A stretch of DNA of 64,000 nucleotides from Octopus sinensis (lineage: Eukaryota). The notes below the pieces were generated by a model. The model saw only the letters and a program-made list of their open reading frames with translations, ran no database searches and had not been told where the DNA came from. This document shows positions 51,907 through 64,000 of the stretch, piece by piece. Location: NCBI RefSeq assembly GCF_006345805.1, contig NC_043003.1, positions 68,634,001-68,698,000 on the forward strand, in the 5' to 3' direction. The position numbers and the translations under genes are program-made. How positions within the stretch are numbered: position 1 is the stretch's first letter; the number at the start of each line of letters is the position of its first letter.

Positions 51907-52134
51907 GAAAAAGAGTAAAAAGAGTATATACATAATACACACACACATATATGTATGTGTGAGTGTATGTGAATATACGTTAAGCATGAAACATGGATTT
52001 CTGTTTTGCTTTAATACTAACTTAATTACGAATACTGATTTTATTCAGGGCGTCTGCGACTGCTTCGTTCACTGCAATGAAGAGACGATGGGATTCCATA
52101 CTCGATCTCATGGCAAAGTTCTCGAGAACACAGG

Positions 52135-53185
52135 TCTATAGATCAATAAGATGAAGCGTTGCAATTTATGCATAACTAAACGCGCGAGAATCCTAACAGA
52201 TTTACTCGAACCAGTGAGTATCCTTAACTCCAGAACGGAGATTTTCGAGCCATGTTTACATTACAGGAGGTTCCTGGTAACTTTTTGAAGCCCGTCCACA
52301 AGGCGGCATTACAGCCGGAAGCCGATAGCCAGTAGCAAAGGGAGATAATCCCCAATTGTTACCTTTACGCAGTGACGCATTTCCCCCTCCATATTTAAGA
52401 GGTCATTGGCCGACAAGTTTTGGGGATAATGGACGGGAAATCTAAGGTAATCCCATAAGCCGGCCTTCTCCCGTTCAATATATACTGCCCTACATCATAG
52501 AGTATGCGCCTATAATGTACAAAGATGAGACATGTGCCCTCTATTTGTCCCAAAATTATACGTTTATTTTTAGCGCCCTTGCTGATGAAGAACAAGGATA
52601 ACAAATTATTTTATTTGTTCATTAAAGTTCAAAGCCTAGGAACAAGTGGTAACTATTGAAAACTGAACCGCAGTAGTTAATTGTAATACCGAAGAGGAAG
52701 CTACAATGAACTGCTCCTCTGACCAGTACGTGATTCTCCCTTTATACATTGGACGTCTTGTGACCAAAGTCAGGGTCTCATTGGGACCAGGCCAATTTTG
52801 AAAAAGACTTGATAGTGCATATTCTTAGAAAATATTCTGAATCTGCTACACTTTCGGGACTCACAATACATGAGGAGATACATGTTTGCGGGATGGAATG
52901 AATAAAATGACACAATTTCATCATATTTACACAAAACTGTTTTATTTAATATTCTTTTTCCTTTCCTTCTCTTTCTTTTTCTCTTTTTTCCTGTCTTTGT
53001 GGTTCACCAGTTATAAGCTTGAAAACTGAAGACTGATCTTGCCATTCCATTAACATGGGAACACTGGTTGCCCTCGTTTATATTTTGGATTTGAATTTCT
53101 ATAATTTTGAATTTCTATGTATCACTTTCCATTTTGAACTCGACAAAGACAGGCTAGCTGTCGAAATATCGTTCAACCGATAAAA
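52135..53185 (+). mobile_element. PLE remnant: endonuclease C-terminus plus probable pLTR
   Basis: KRCNLCITKRARILTDLLEPVSILNSRTEIFEPCLH (cf. RCNLC..E..I..LN.R.E...CRH); HHR-like motif about 900 bp downstream at 53140-53183. Confidence 0.55.
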
Positions 53186-53187
53186 TA

Positions 53188-54441
53188 CCAGGTCATCCCA
53201 TGAGTTCTGTTTGATTTTACCTTTTTATTAAATTGAATGAAATTTAATAGTATTTTAGAATGTCTAATGGAATTTAAAATTATTTTTATGCATTTGTGTA
53301 CATGTAAACAAATTAGATATTATTTTATAGAATAATAGTATTAACATTTCTTTGATTAAAACTCTTTCTAACATGGAAGTATCCAAAGAGCATTTAAAGC
53401 ACATAATGCTTTATGAGAACAAAAAAGGAAGCTCTGCAGCCGAAGCGACTCGAAACATACACTCAGATTATGGGAAAGATTGCTTGAATGAAAGAACTTG
53501 CAGAAGATGGTTTGCAAAATTCAGAAGTGGAGATTTCAGCCTTAAAGATGAAGATCGAACAGAAAGTCCAGTTGCGTTTGATGATAAGCTCCTTGAGGCA
53601 TTACTTGAAGAAAATCCTGCATTATCAGTTGAAGAATTGACAATATAGCTTAGTCCAAACCATACAACTGTTCATCGTCATTTTCAACTACTTGGAAAAT
53701 GGATACCACATGAATTGTCCAAAAGCAACTGCAAATCCCTCTCCATTCTCTCTAACTCATTTCACTCTTTTTGGATGGACTTGTGACTGGTGACGGTAAA
53801 TGGATCTTCCATCGAAATGTTAAACGTCGTAAACAGTGGCATGGTAAAAGGTAAAAGGCTCAACCACAACCGAGAAAGGAACTTCATGAAAAAGGTTTCT
53901 TCTCTCTATCTGGTGGGATTGCAAAGGAGTAATTTAGTTAGAATTATCACCACCTAATGCAACAATCAATGCTCAAGTCTACTGTCAGCAATTAGAGCGA
54001 TTCAACCAAGCTTTGAAGAAAAAAGCAGACCTACTTTTATGAATCGAAAAGGAGTGCTGTTTCATCAGGACAATGCGCGACCTCACACTGCAAAGATCAC
54101 ATCACAGAAGATCGAAGAGCCTGGTTGGGAATAAATTCCTCATTCACCATATTCTCCCGAACTTGAACCTTCAGACTACCATTTGTTTCGTAGTTTACAG
54201 AATCATTTGGGGGACATATCTCTCGCAAGCCATGAGGAGGTCGAAACTGACATTTCAGAGTTCTTCGCTTTGAAACCAAAAAGGTTTTACATTGATGGGA
54301 TTAAGAATAGATGGAAATAGATGGAAGGAAGTTATAGATAATCAGGGAAAGTACATTCATGATTAAATTTCAATTAAATATGATGTTAGATCATTTGTTT
54401 CCTTTATTCAAAATTCGGACAGAACTTATGGGATGACCTGA
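53188..54441 (+). mobile_element. Full-length decayed mariner (DD34D); TA TSD
   Basis: TIRs ccaggtcatcccatgagttctgt / acagaacttatgggatgacctga, TA at 53186-87 and 54442-43. MEVSKEHLKHIMLYE..RRWFAKFRSGDFSL, VTGDGKW, HQDNARPH, SPELEPSDY with 34 residues between the 2nd and 3rd D. Confidence 0.92.
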
Positions 54442-54463
54442 TATATATTGCAATCTAATCTAA

Positions 54464-54517
<54 letters not shown>

Positions 54518-54540
54518 TATTATTATTATTATTATTAATG

Positions 54541-54742
54541 AAGGCGGTGAGCTGGCAGAATTGTTGGACGAAATGGTTAGCAGTATTTCGCCCATCGCTA
54601 CGGTCTGAGTTCAAATTCCGTCAAGATCGACCTTACCTTTTATCCTTTCGGGGCAATAAATTAAGTATCAGTTGTGTACTAGGATCGATCTCCTCGACTG
54701 ACCCCCTCTCCCAAATTTCTGGACTTGTGCCTATAATAGAAA
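54541..54742 (+). mobile_element. SINE family A, full length
   Basis: aaggcggtgagctggcagaattgtt..ctgagttcaaattccg..cctttcgggg..ccccctctcccaaatttctggacttgtgcctataatagaaa. Confidence 0.8.
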
Positions 54743-54789
54743 TTAATATTATTAATATTATTTTCTCTTTATCACAGGATTTGTTGGAG

Positions 54790-56175
54790 ATCTGTGAGTC
54801 TTGAACACGTAGTGGGGTTAATACCTGCAGCCTATGGTACCCTGTTATTCGTTCTTTTCAGCTATGTAATGCTTTCTTCATTATCCTGGCAGTGCCAAGG
54901 AGGCAAAACTTTTGAAACAGTTCTACTAGGCACTATGTTCTAATTTCCTTTATATTCCTCTTGATGACTTCTGATACTGTTTCCGAGGACCCAACAATAG
55001 TTGGCACTATCTTCACCTTCATTTTCCATTGCCGGTCTACTTCATAGTTAAGAGGCTTGTATCTATCTTTTCATCTTCCTTCTTTACTATTCCTGGGTCA
55101 GAGGGGCATGCAACGTCAACTATATAACATATGTAATGCACCTTGTCCATCACCAGTAGGTCCGGTCTGTTATACTCTAGCACCTGATCTGTTTGGATTG
55201 AGGAATTTCAAAGCATTTTACGAGTCTCCGACTCTGCCACTCTTTGCGGTTGGTGCTCATACCATGTCTTGCCACTCTCTAGCCCCCACTTTTCGCAAAG
55301 TTTCCTGATCGTGTCGCCACAATTTGGGGCTATTCTAGGACATTCTTTCGTGATATGGGCAATAGTTTCATCCACTCTGTTGCGAAACTATTTCGGCACA
55401 GCGGAGACACTTGCTCTTTCCTAAGGTTGACCCTCCAATTCGTGTCCCAAGTTTGGTCCTACGCTACCAGTATAGTGCTCTCAGTCTCTCTTTTTAGCGC
55501 TCCTTTCATCAGCTAATCACACCTGTTTTTTTCCAGCAACTTCTGTCGTGGTTATATGGAATTGATTGTGTAGTTCCTTCTTACATAATTCTTCTTCATG
55601 TCCTTTTTGTAATTCTTGCTTTGCTTTTCGTTTTTCTCTGCTCTCAATACTCCCTCGTTCCTAAATGACACTAGCAAGGTTTCTTTCCTTTGGGCTAGGT
55701 ATCTCATTAAGCTCTCGTGTTCGATACGCGCGCAGTCTTCCATACTTATCAGTCCCCTTCCTCCATTTCCTCTCCTCCTGTATAGGCGATCAGTGTCTAC
55801 ACGTGGATGATGGGCTCCGTGTATCGTTATAAGCTTTCTTGACTTCCTCTCCATCTCTTTTATCTCCTCCTCTGTCCAGCGCCAAACCGAACAACTGCAA
55901 CTGCGCGGTAGTTTATTGCCTAAGTAGTTTCTGGCATTCAGCTTTGAAGCCAATATTTCTCTCACTCGCCGCAAGTACTCTATTTATGTCTTTTCCTTTA
56001 TGTCATGATGTTTGATTCTGTCTGCCTCAAGTATTCCCAGGTATTGATTGCTGGATTGAGGTTGAATTGCTTTCATCATTTCACCATTTAGCAACCATAT
56101 GCCTTCTGTCCTGGCAAACCTTCATCGTCTCATCATCTCATCACCATCATAGCACATTTTGAGAGTCCAAACCCC
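54790..56175 (-). mobile_element. R4/Dong-type 3' half
   Basis: GFGLSKCAMM, RRVREILASKLNARN, HHPRVDTDRLYRRRGNGGRGLISMEDC, VELFQKFCLLGTARIMKK; (AAT)n immediately upstream at 56185-56270. Confidence 0.85.
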
Positions 56176-56207
56176 AATATAATATTACTATTATTATTAT
56201 TATTATA

Positions 56208-56270
<63 letters not shown>

Positions 56271-56509
56271 CACAGGAAAGAGTATAAGAGCATAAAGCGA
56301 GGAGTGAGAGAGAAAGGGGAGAGTGGTGTATATTAAGTCTATAAAATTGTGCATAAAGTACATAGAGTGTATATATAAAGTTCATTAAGTAATTACCGTA
56401 TTCCAATTTCCTTCACTTTTCAATATTTAGCAAAGGAGCTACACAGCATAGGCTACGCTTTGAGGTGTGTTTTTCTCGCCCCACCTTCATTCTTCTGTCC
56501 CTCTACCTC

Positions 56510-56546
<37 letters not shown>

Positions 56547-57041
56547 GTCCCACCTTCGGCCAACCCTGATCTTTCTTGGTTTGGCCGTTGTCCGTGCAAC
56601 ATCGATATTTCTTCCTGTGCCTGTCAAATCTTGTATCCCTGCCGTAAGGCTTCATTTCCACACACGCCAACGTCCATACTCGAAAGACACCAGTTGATAT
56701 GTACTGTTGTTATTTTTATTGTTTTTGTGTAACATTATCTGTTTTTGTATATATTCGCTGCTTTCTTTCAAGGAATCTAATGAACATAGCTTAGTTTTGC
56801 CTTGGGTTTGGCCAGATTGGACAATCTCGAGGATAATCGGCCGAAATTGCGAAGATAATCTGGTACTCGGCTGAGGAAAGAAAACTTCGAATGATCTGTC
56901 CTTGGTTTCTTTGTATCGTCTATCTGGATGTTTTGTCTCATTTATGTATCACCTAACTGTCCGGATGTTTTGCGTTCTTGTCCCATTTTGTATTATATAA
57001 ATATATACATACATACATACATATATACATACATACATACA

Positions 57042-57072
<31 letters not shown>

Positions 57073-57134
57073 GCAAGGGCATGCTTCAATATTCCTAGTT
57101 TTGAATAAAATAAAATACAGGAGGATCTGTTCAG

Positions 57135-57245
57135 TATGATTTTATTCATATTTTCGCCTCTCAGATTCACACACTTATTGTAGCAGTCCTTAAGTTTTGC
57201 TATGTCCTGTAAAGAACACGCAAGGGTGGACCACCAGCCAGGCCT
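57135..57245 (-). mobile_element. Mariner transposase C-terminal fragment
   Basis: QDIAKLKDCYNKCVNLRGENMNK (cf. GI.KL..RW.KC....G.Y.E). Confidence 0.5.
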
Positions 57246-57364
57246 TTCCCGATACTCTTAATTTGTGGAACTTTTCAGTTTGTGCCTTCGCTTCAAATCT
57301 TTTCACTCTCTCATGTAGGTTTTAATTTTGTTTTCCATTTTCGTTTCAGAAACAAAATAGGTTT

Positions 57365-57545
57365 CAAATTTTAGTACAGGGCCAGCAGATTGGGATGAGG
57401 CTTAAGTCGATTGCATCAACCCCAGTACTGAACTGTATTTATTTTATCATCCCCTAAAGGATAAAAGTCAAAGTAGGCACGGCAGAATGTGAAATCGGAA
57501 TGGAAAAGCAGACGATATACTACTAAGCATTTTGCCCGCCATGCA
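57365..57545 (-). mobile_element. SINE family A, degenerate
   Basis: aagtcgattgcatcaaccccagtact..ccctaaaggataaaagtcaaagt..cggcagaatgtgaa..aagcattttgcccgcc. Confidence 0.6.
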
Positions 57546-58769
57546 AACGAATCAGTCAACTCGCTGCTTTTCTTACACAAACAATATTACTTTCGCATTC
57601 TTCTCGCCTTCAGTTAGCATTCCTTTTCTTTTAGCAAAAGTCCACTTAATAATTGATTTTTATTCAAATACTTTCCTATTCAATGCTAATCACATCGGTA
57701 ACCGCAGAAATTGATTAAAATAAAACAGAAATATCTAAAGAGAAGTGTTTGTTTATTGTACCACAAATCTACACGAAATCATAAGAAAGGCTTCAAACTC
57801 GCCGTTAAATCCAATTGAAAAAAGAAATTGAACAAACCATATTAGTTACAACTAAAATTTTTCTCAAAGTTAATACATTCCTTAGTTACCATTCCAAATG
57901 TTTATTTTTGGCAAACACAAAGGATTTCTCTTTATTCTATACCCAGTATCCAACAATGTACGAAGGGGTAGGGAAAAGAAGTCATAGAAGCATAGAATAA
58001 AATTTATAATTGTTTGTTTCTAAACTTTGTTTTGCATTGGTTTCTCTGTATATTGGCCATGATCTTTTATTTTTATAAGCTAAAGCTAAAGAGTTTACAA
58101 AATGCAGATGCCAATACTTATAATACTCCAGACTTATCACGAAATAAATATCGATTTTCAACAATTTACAAAGCAAAACCAATTGTAAAACAACTTTGAG
58201 TGTGTTAAGAAGCATTGTAGAAACTATCGAACTCCTCCTCGCTATACCACCCCTACGTCTCTTTCTCTCTCTTTCACTCACTCTCTCCCTTTCTATCCCC
58301 GTCTTTCTTTCATTCTCTCTCTCTCTCTCTCACTCTCTTTCTATTTCTCACTCTCATTCGTTCAATTTTCTCTTAGATTCAATAGTTCTACATTCCAGTG
58401 GCTTCTGGTTTCTTGTAGTCAGCTGTTTACTACAAGAATATATTCTGCAAAAGATTATATGTGAAGCAGGACACACGTAAAAACGAATAGCAAAAGCATT
58501 ACATCAGTAAAGATAAGATTAATATATTCAGATAACACATTCCCCCTAGGAAACGACATAAAAAAGATCCTCTAATGGGAGAGTGTCTACGTTGTCACTC
58601 GAATTACAAGAAATAGCAGCTATCCTTCTCAGATTGCAACTCGTTAAACAGTAAACACAATGATTACTGTAGTCCCAGGTGTATTTTTCATCGTGACTGG
58701 AGAAAGGCGTGAAGTCCATGGTAGATACAGGTCTAACTTACGATATATTTTACCGGGAACCATGTATGA

Positions 58770-59490
<721 letters not shown>

Positions 59491-59497
59491 AAGCACC

Positions 59498-59920
59498 GAA
59501 GCGGACCTACTGAAGCTCATGAACAAAAAATAATTTCGTAAGTCTTTTAACACTTTCCAACAGAAACTGAAAAAAGATATTAAATACATAAAGTGTTTTT
59601 TTAAAAAATACCACTTTTTTCTGATAACACCAAGAACTTATACCATTTTGAAAACAGCACATATTCACGACTCCTACGCAACGTTATTAATGATTACACT
59701 AAAGCTAGGCCACAAATTTATAACAAAATTGATAAAGAAGCTAGTATCATCGCTGCCAGATTTAAATTAGATAAAAAAAAAGTATAGGGGTCCTCCCACC
59801 AAAGAGGGGCTTTTATAACTATTAAAGACCATAAAAATAACTTCCTATCTAATCCTAAATCTAGGCTTATTAACCCAGCTAAATCACAAATTAGTATTAT
59901 TAGTAAGTTATTTTTAAGGG
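59498..59920 (+). mobile_element. PLE RT N-terminal fragment (second type)
   Basis: FQQKLKKDIKYIK..DNTKNLY..KIDKEASIIAARFKLD..AFITIKDHKNNFLSNPKSRLINPAKSQISIISK. Confidence 0.75.
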
Positions 59921-60104
59921 TAGCATTTTTGTTTGTCTTAATAACTGACGAGATGCCAGAGCAGATTTTCCGCCCCGACATCCGAAACTCAGAGTTTTAA
60001 TATGGCAGCCGATTAATTGTCACATATCATATTACAGATAAATTCAACTATTTAAATAATATCGAGGTCTCATTCATTCTTTGTTGTCATGCTATTACTA
60101 TTAA

Positions 60105-60175
<71 letters not shown>

Positions 60176-60183
60176 GCATAAAT

Positions 60184-60233
<50 letters not shown>

Positions 60234-60684
60234 TGATACATACATACATACATACATACATACATACATACTTAGATACCTACATACACATGTACGTACG
60301 TACATACATGTGTGGGTGGGTGTATGCGTTTCTCTGTGTGCACAAGTATGTGAACGAACGATCATCACGGTTATTTGGTGTTGTAAAAACTGGATAACAT
60401 GGTACATAAGGAAAAATTTCATTATCTAAAGTTTCGCCGACGAAGAACACGTACACAGCACCAAATCTACAGTGTCTGGGAAATTAGCTTTAAAAGATTT
60501 TTAACATGAGAAAATATTCAGCTCCTTGTTAATCAGTCTCGTGGGAATGTTATCTACCTAAGGACATACGCTTTTTATGTGATCTTTCTCCGGTGTGATC
60601 TATGTGGTGGAGTAGATAGAATATTGGCGTCTGTAGGTTGTTGCTTCACACATGGTTTGGGATTCAATCTCAATACGTAGCACC

Positions 60685-60969
60685 TTATTGGGTACATCAC
60701 ATATTTCGACCCGTTCTGGGTCTCTTTAGGCACATCAAGTAGGTTCAAGTATGAACGTGGAAAGTATACATTCTAGTTTAGAGAAGATGACGTAATCAAC
60801 TATTTCACTATTTTGAGTTTCAATAATTTTACTCTGATTTGACTCATTCTCGAATTTGATGGACATATAGCGGTACGTAAGCCGACTCAAGAAATCTCTA
60901 GTGAGAGGTTTTCTTGATGTACCTGAAGAGATCCAGAAAGGGGTCGAAACATGTGTTGTAACCAATAAA
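60685..60969. repeat. Foldback with outward-facing hammerhead-like arms
   Basis: 60685-60739 is the imperfect reverse complement of 60913-60968. Confidence 0.8.
60920..60960 (+). ncRNA. Minimal type I hammerhead ribozyme candidate, core intact
   Basis: UAC-CUGAAGA-GAUCC-AGAAAG-GGGUC-GAAA-C-AUGU-G-UU-GUA; AATAAA at 60964-60969. Confidence 0.62.
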
Positions 60970-61109
60970 GCCTATTATATATTCCATCTCCTATTTTATT
61001 AATGCTGTTACCCCAACCGCCACTACATGACGTCCCTGCAATAAATCTAGGGATAACAACAGGTAATCGAAACTGTGCTGGCGTATTACTCATCATCCAT
61101 TTATACATT

Positions 61110-61447
61110 TGTACAATTTCTCCATTCATATGGTGCCAGGTTCTGTCCTACTGCGTGGCACCTTGGGTAAGTGTCTCGCGTCGACCAAAGCCTTGTGAGT
61201 GGATTTCGTTGAGAGAAACTGAAAGAAGCCCGTCGTATATATGTATTTGTATGTGTGTGTTTGTGTGTTTGTGTGTCTGTTTTTGCCCCCCCACAAACAC
61301 CGTAACTCAGCGGTTCGGATAAAGAGACCTATAAAATAAGTACTAGGGTCGATTTTCACGGTTATTTGGTATTGTAAAAACTGGATAACTTGGTACATGA
61401 TGAAACACCTCATTACATGGTCGCAGTCAAATGACTGAAACAAGTAA
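61110..61447 (+). mobile_element. SINE family B with a templated insertion
   Basis: Family B body (ctgcgtggcaccttggg..ccttgtgagtggattt..aactgaaagaagcccgtcg..gcagtcaaatgactgaaacaagtaaaa); 61356-61415 is foreign. Confidence 0.75.
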
Positions 61448-61514
61448 AAAAAAAAGAATATATGTATATATAAACGTGTGACTGTTTGTCCGCGCGCGCG
61501 TGTATGTGTGTTTG

Positions 61515-61727
61515 ATGTGTGTCTGTATTTGTGTTTGCCTCCTCCACCGCTTGACAGCCGGTGGTGCTGTGTTTAAGTCATCGTAACGAAGCCGTTCGAC
61601 AAAAGACACCCTTAGAATAAGTACCAGATTTAAAAAAAATTACTGCTGGAATTGAATCATTCGACTGAGGAAATTCTTCAAGCCGATGCCCCACCATGGC
61701 CGCAGTCTAATGACTGAGACAAGTAAA
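61515..61727 (+). mobile_element. SINE family B, 3' half
   Basis: cgcttgacagccggtggtg..cgtaac..gttcg.caaaagacac..agaataagtac..catggccgcagtc.aatgactgagacaagtaaaa. Confidence 0.6.
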
Positions 61728-64000
61728 ATATACGGAAGTGTAACCGGTTTCATGGTGTTGGGCTACATATCAGGTTGCATGACAAACATATCTCTCGAGT
61801 CATTGTGGGATGTAATATCTTTGCGAGCAACAAGGATCATATGCCTTGTAATTTTGTGTGAGCCAGTAAGGCCAAGAGGGGTTCTCTCAGTTATAAATAA
61901 CCAATTACTTGAATTTCATTAACAGCGTATTTCCCTGGTGGCAACAATAGACAAATGGATTTTTCCATGAATGCATACTGTAGGCTGCCCTTTTATGTGC
62001 AGTTTCTCACAGAAGCAATGCTGATATTTATGAGTTCTGCGACAGTATGAAGGGACTAGTCATCAATTACGTTGGAAAGTCGTTTCACAGGGTTCTGGAA
62101 TCACTAAATAAAGCCTGACAGGAAGATAAGCTTTTCACTTAGCCTACAATTAAAGGAATGCAAACGTTAGAAGAGTATAATCTTGTCTCCCAACACAGAG
62201 CCTATATAATCAATTCCAATGCAATAACATAAATCACACATCACTTGTCCTAAGATATTACCACCAAATAAAAATATATCTCAAATCAAACATTCTCGAA
62301 CTAAACACAACCCAGATAAAGAGCAACACATGTTCCTGCATAATTAATATCCGACTTGAAACATTAATAACTTTTCTGTACAATTATTAGACGATAATAT
62401 GACCCCACACAAGACATATCGTATAATAACCATCCGACTCTTGAACTCATAACACGGTTCACTCAGCGAACTTGAAACACGAATTTCATCTAACAAATAA
62501 GACAACTCACATCGTTGACTTCACAAGCAAATAAACAAATGCAGGCGAGTGGTAAAAGAGGCGCAAATAATATGGTTTTGCAATTATAAAGCTAGCATTG
62601 CAAACACACAGCTATATAGTTTCAAGTTCAATTCCACTGCACGCCACCTTGAACTCACCAATGCCTTCTGAATGAATTTTGTCGACAATAACTGCATGGA
62701 ATCTCGATGTATAGAGGTGTGTGTGTGTATTCCCTCAAGTTTTATCGGTAAAAGGGTTCGAAAATATAAGGACACAGATTGTATCGTACAGTCAGCTGGA
62801 AATGATGTCCTCTGGGGCTAAATTACAGCAACATTCGTCCTAAACCAGGACTGCCATGTTATGTTGGCAAATAATCTTCACTACAAAATACTGTTGCTAA
62901 ATATCTCTCGTTTGTGAGATTTAGAAATAATAATTTTTATACAAAAATAAGTATAATGGAAAAAGGTTCTCAAGGGAGTTGAACAGCAGAAGCTCTTCAA
63001 AGAAGAAACTGTCTCTGGTTCAAGTGCTTCGGCCCGTAACTTCTTGCACACTAAGGTAGCCGCGTCCAGATCATGACTCCTGGGTGCCCTTCTGCTGACT
63101 TTTTTGAACCATTGATTGTGTGCATTTAAACCGATTGGAGATTTCATCTAGTTGTAATTCCTCTCTGTAGACTCAGCTTTCAAGCTAATACTTAAAGCAG
63201 AAATAATGTTGGTTGCCATGGTAGCAGTGAAACATCAAGGCTATTACAATGACTCAATCATAGTTACTTCTCTTAACGTTAAAACAAACGTATTACCTTC
63301 AAACGGTATGGAAGATGTTTTTGTTCCTCCTCGACCAGACCCAGCTCGAAGATCTCGACGCTGTCTTGGATTTGGACTTTATGGCTTTGGTGGTGTTCTT
63401 CCAAGAAACTAAGAATTGTTTCTACTAAATCCCTGAAGATGGAGCTCCAGTATGGTCGCAGGGATATAGTTCGAACATGTAAAATATAAAAGATAAAGGT
63501 AAGAGCAGTACTAAAACAAGAGTAGAAAACAACCTGCTATAAATGCCATAGCAAAGCAAAACCGATACTGTCCATATACAGACAGTTCTGCACCTCCAAA
63601 AAGCCAATACAGGATTCATTAAAAATAGCAGCAGCTCGTTTATGGTGAAGTAGAAACTCTCATAGAACGTTCAAAATAGAATAAGGATGATAAAATCTTG
63701 TGCCTATAAATCAGGGCTTAATCGAATTTCCTCTTTACGAATTTCCAGGAAATCAATGTAAAAATATGTTTCTTATTCATTTCCTGCCATCCGCTTCTGT
63801 TTTCTCTTGTAGTCAGCTTCTTCCATCTCCACGCACGAAACTCACGAACATAAACCAACATCAAAGAAATTATTATTGTCTGTTAATTTGACGCTGCAAT
63901 GAAACCTGTTTATAGATTATCTACGACATGTCTATATTTATATAGATTGAAATATAGGAAACAGTTATGAATACGATTAGAAATGCAGAAACTGCATGAG

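Noticed and set aside
62250-62520. Further PLE endonuclease tail
   Set aside because: Compositionally similar, but no conserved motif is clear enough to call.

Overview
AT-rich eukaryotic non-coding DNA, dense in microsatellites ((TA)n, (TACA)n, (GATA)n, (GT)n, (AAT)n, (AAC)n). The repeat repertoire looks like an octopod cephalopod genome (inference from pattern recognition, not a database hit). No host protein-coding gene, tRNA/rRNA gene or CRISPR array could be supported; most long ORFs in the track are microsatellite translations. The window is a stack of mobile elements: a near-intact Penelope-like element (PLE; RT + GIY-YIG, 24794-27052) and four more PLE remnants; six R4/Dong-type RLE retrotransposon pieces, mostly abutting (AAT)n/(AAC)n; a near full-length RTE LINE plus RTE fragments; an L1/Tx1 3' fragment; three mariner elements; three SINE families (my labels A, B, C); and many short foldback elements. 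The most interesting signal is a set of minimal hammerhead-ribozyme (HHR)-like motifs. They occur at PLE 3' ends, as outward-facing inverted pairs in short foldbacks, and at the end of a composite element with a tRNA-like Pol III head, an (AAT)n linker and an HHR tail (48189-48925, relative at 32645). This may be a PLE-mobilised, retrozyme-like SINE system. All folds were done by eye and need computational and biochemical confirmation. Element boundaries are approximate unless TIR/TSD positions are quoted.
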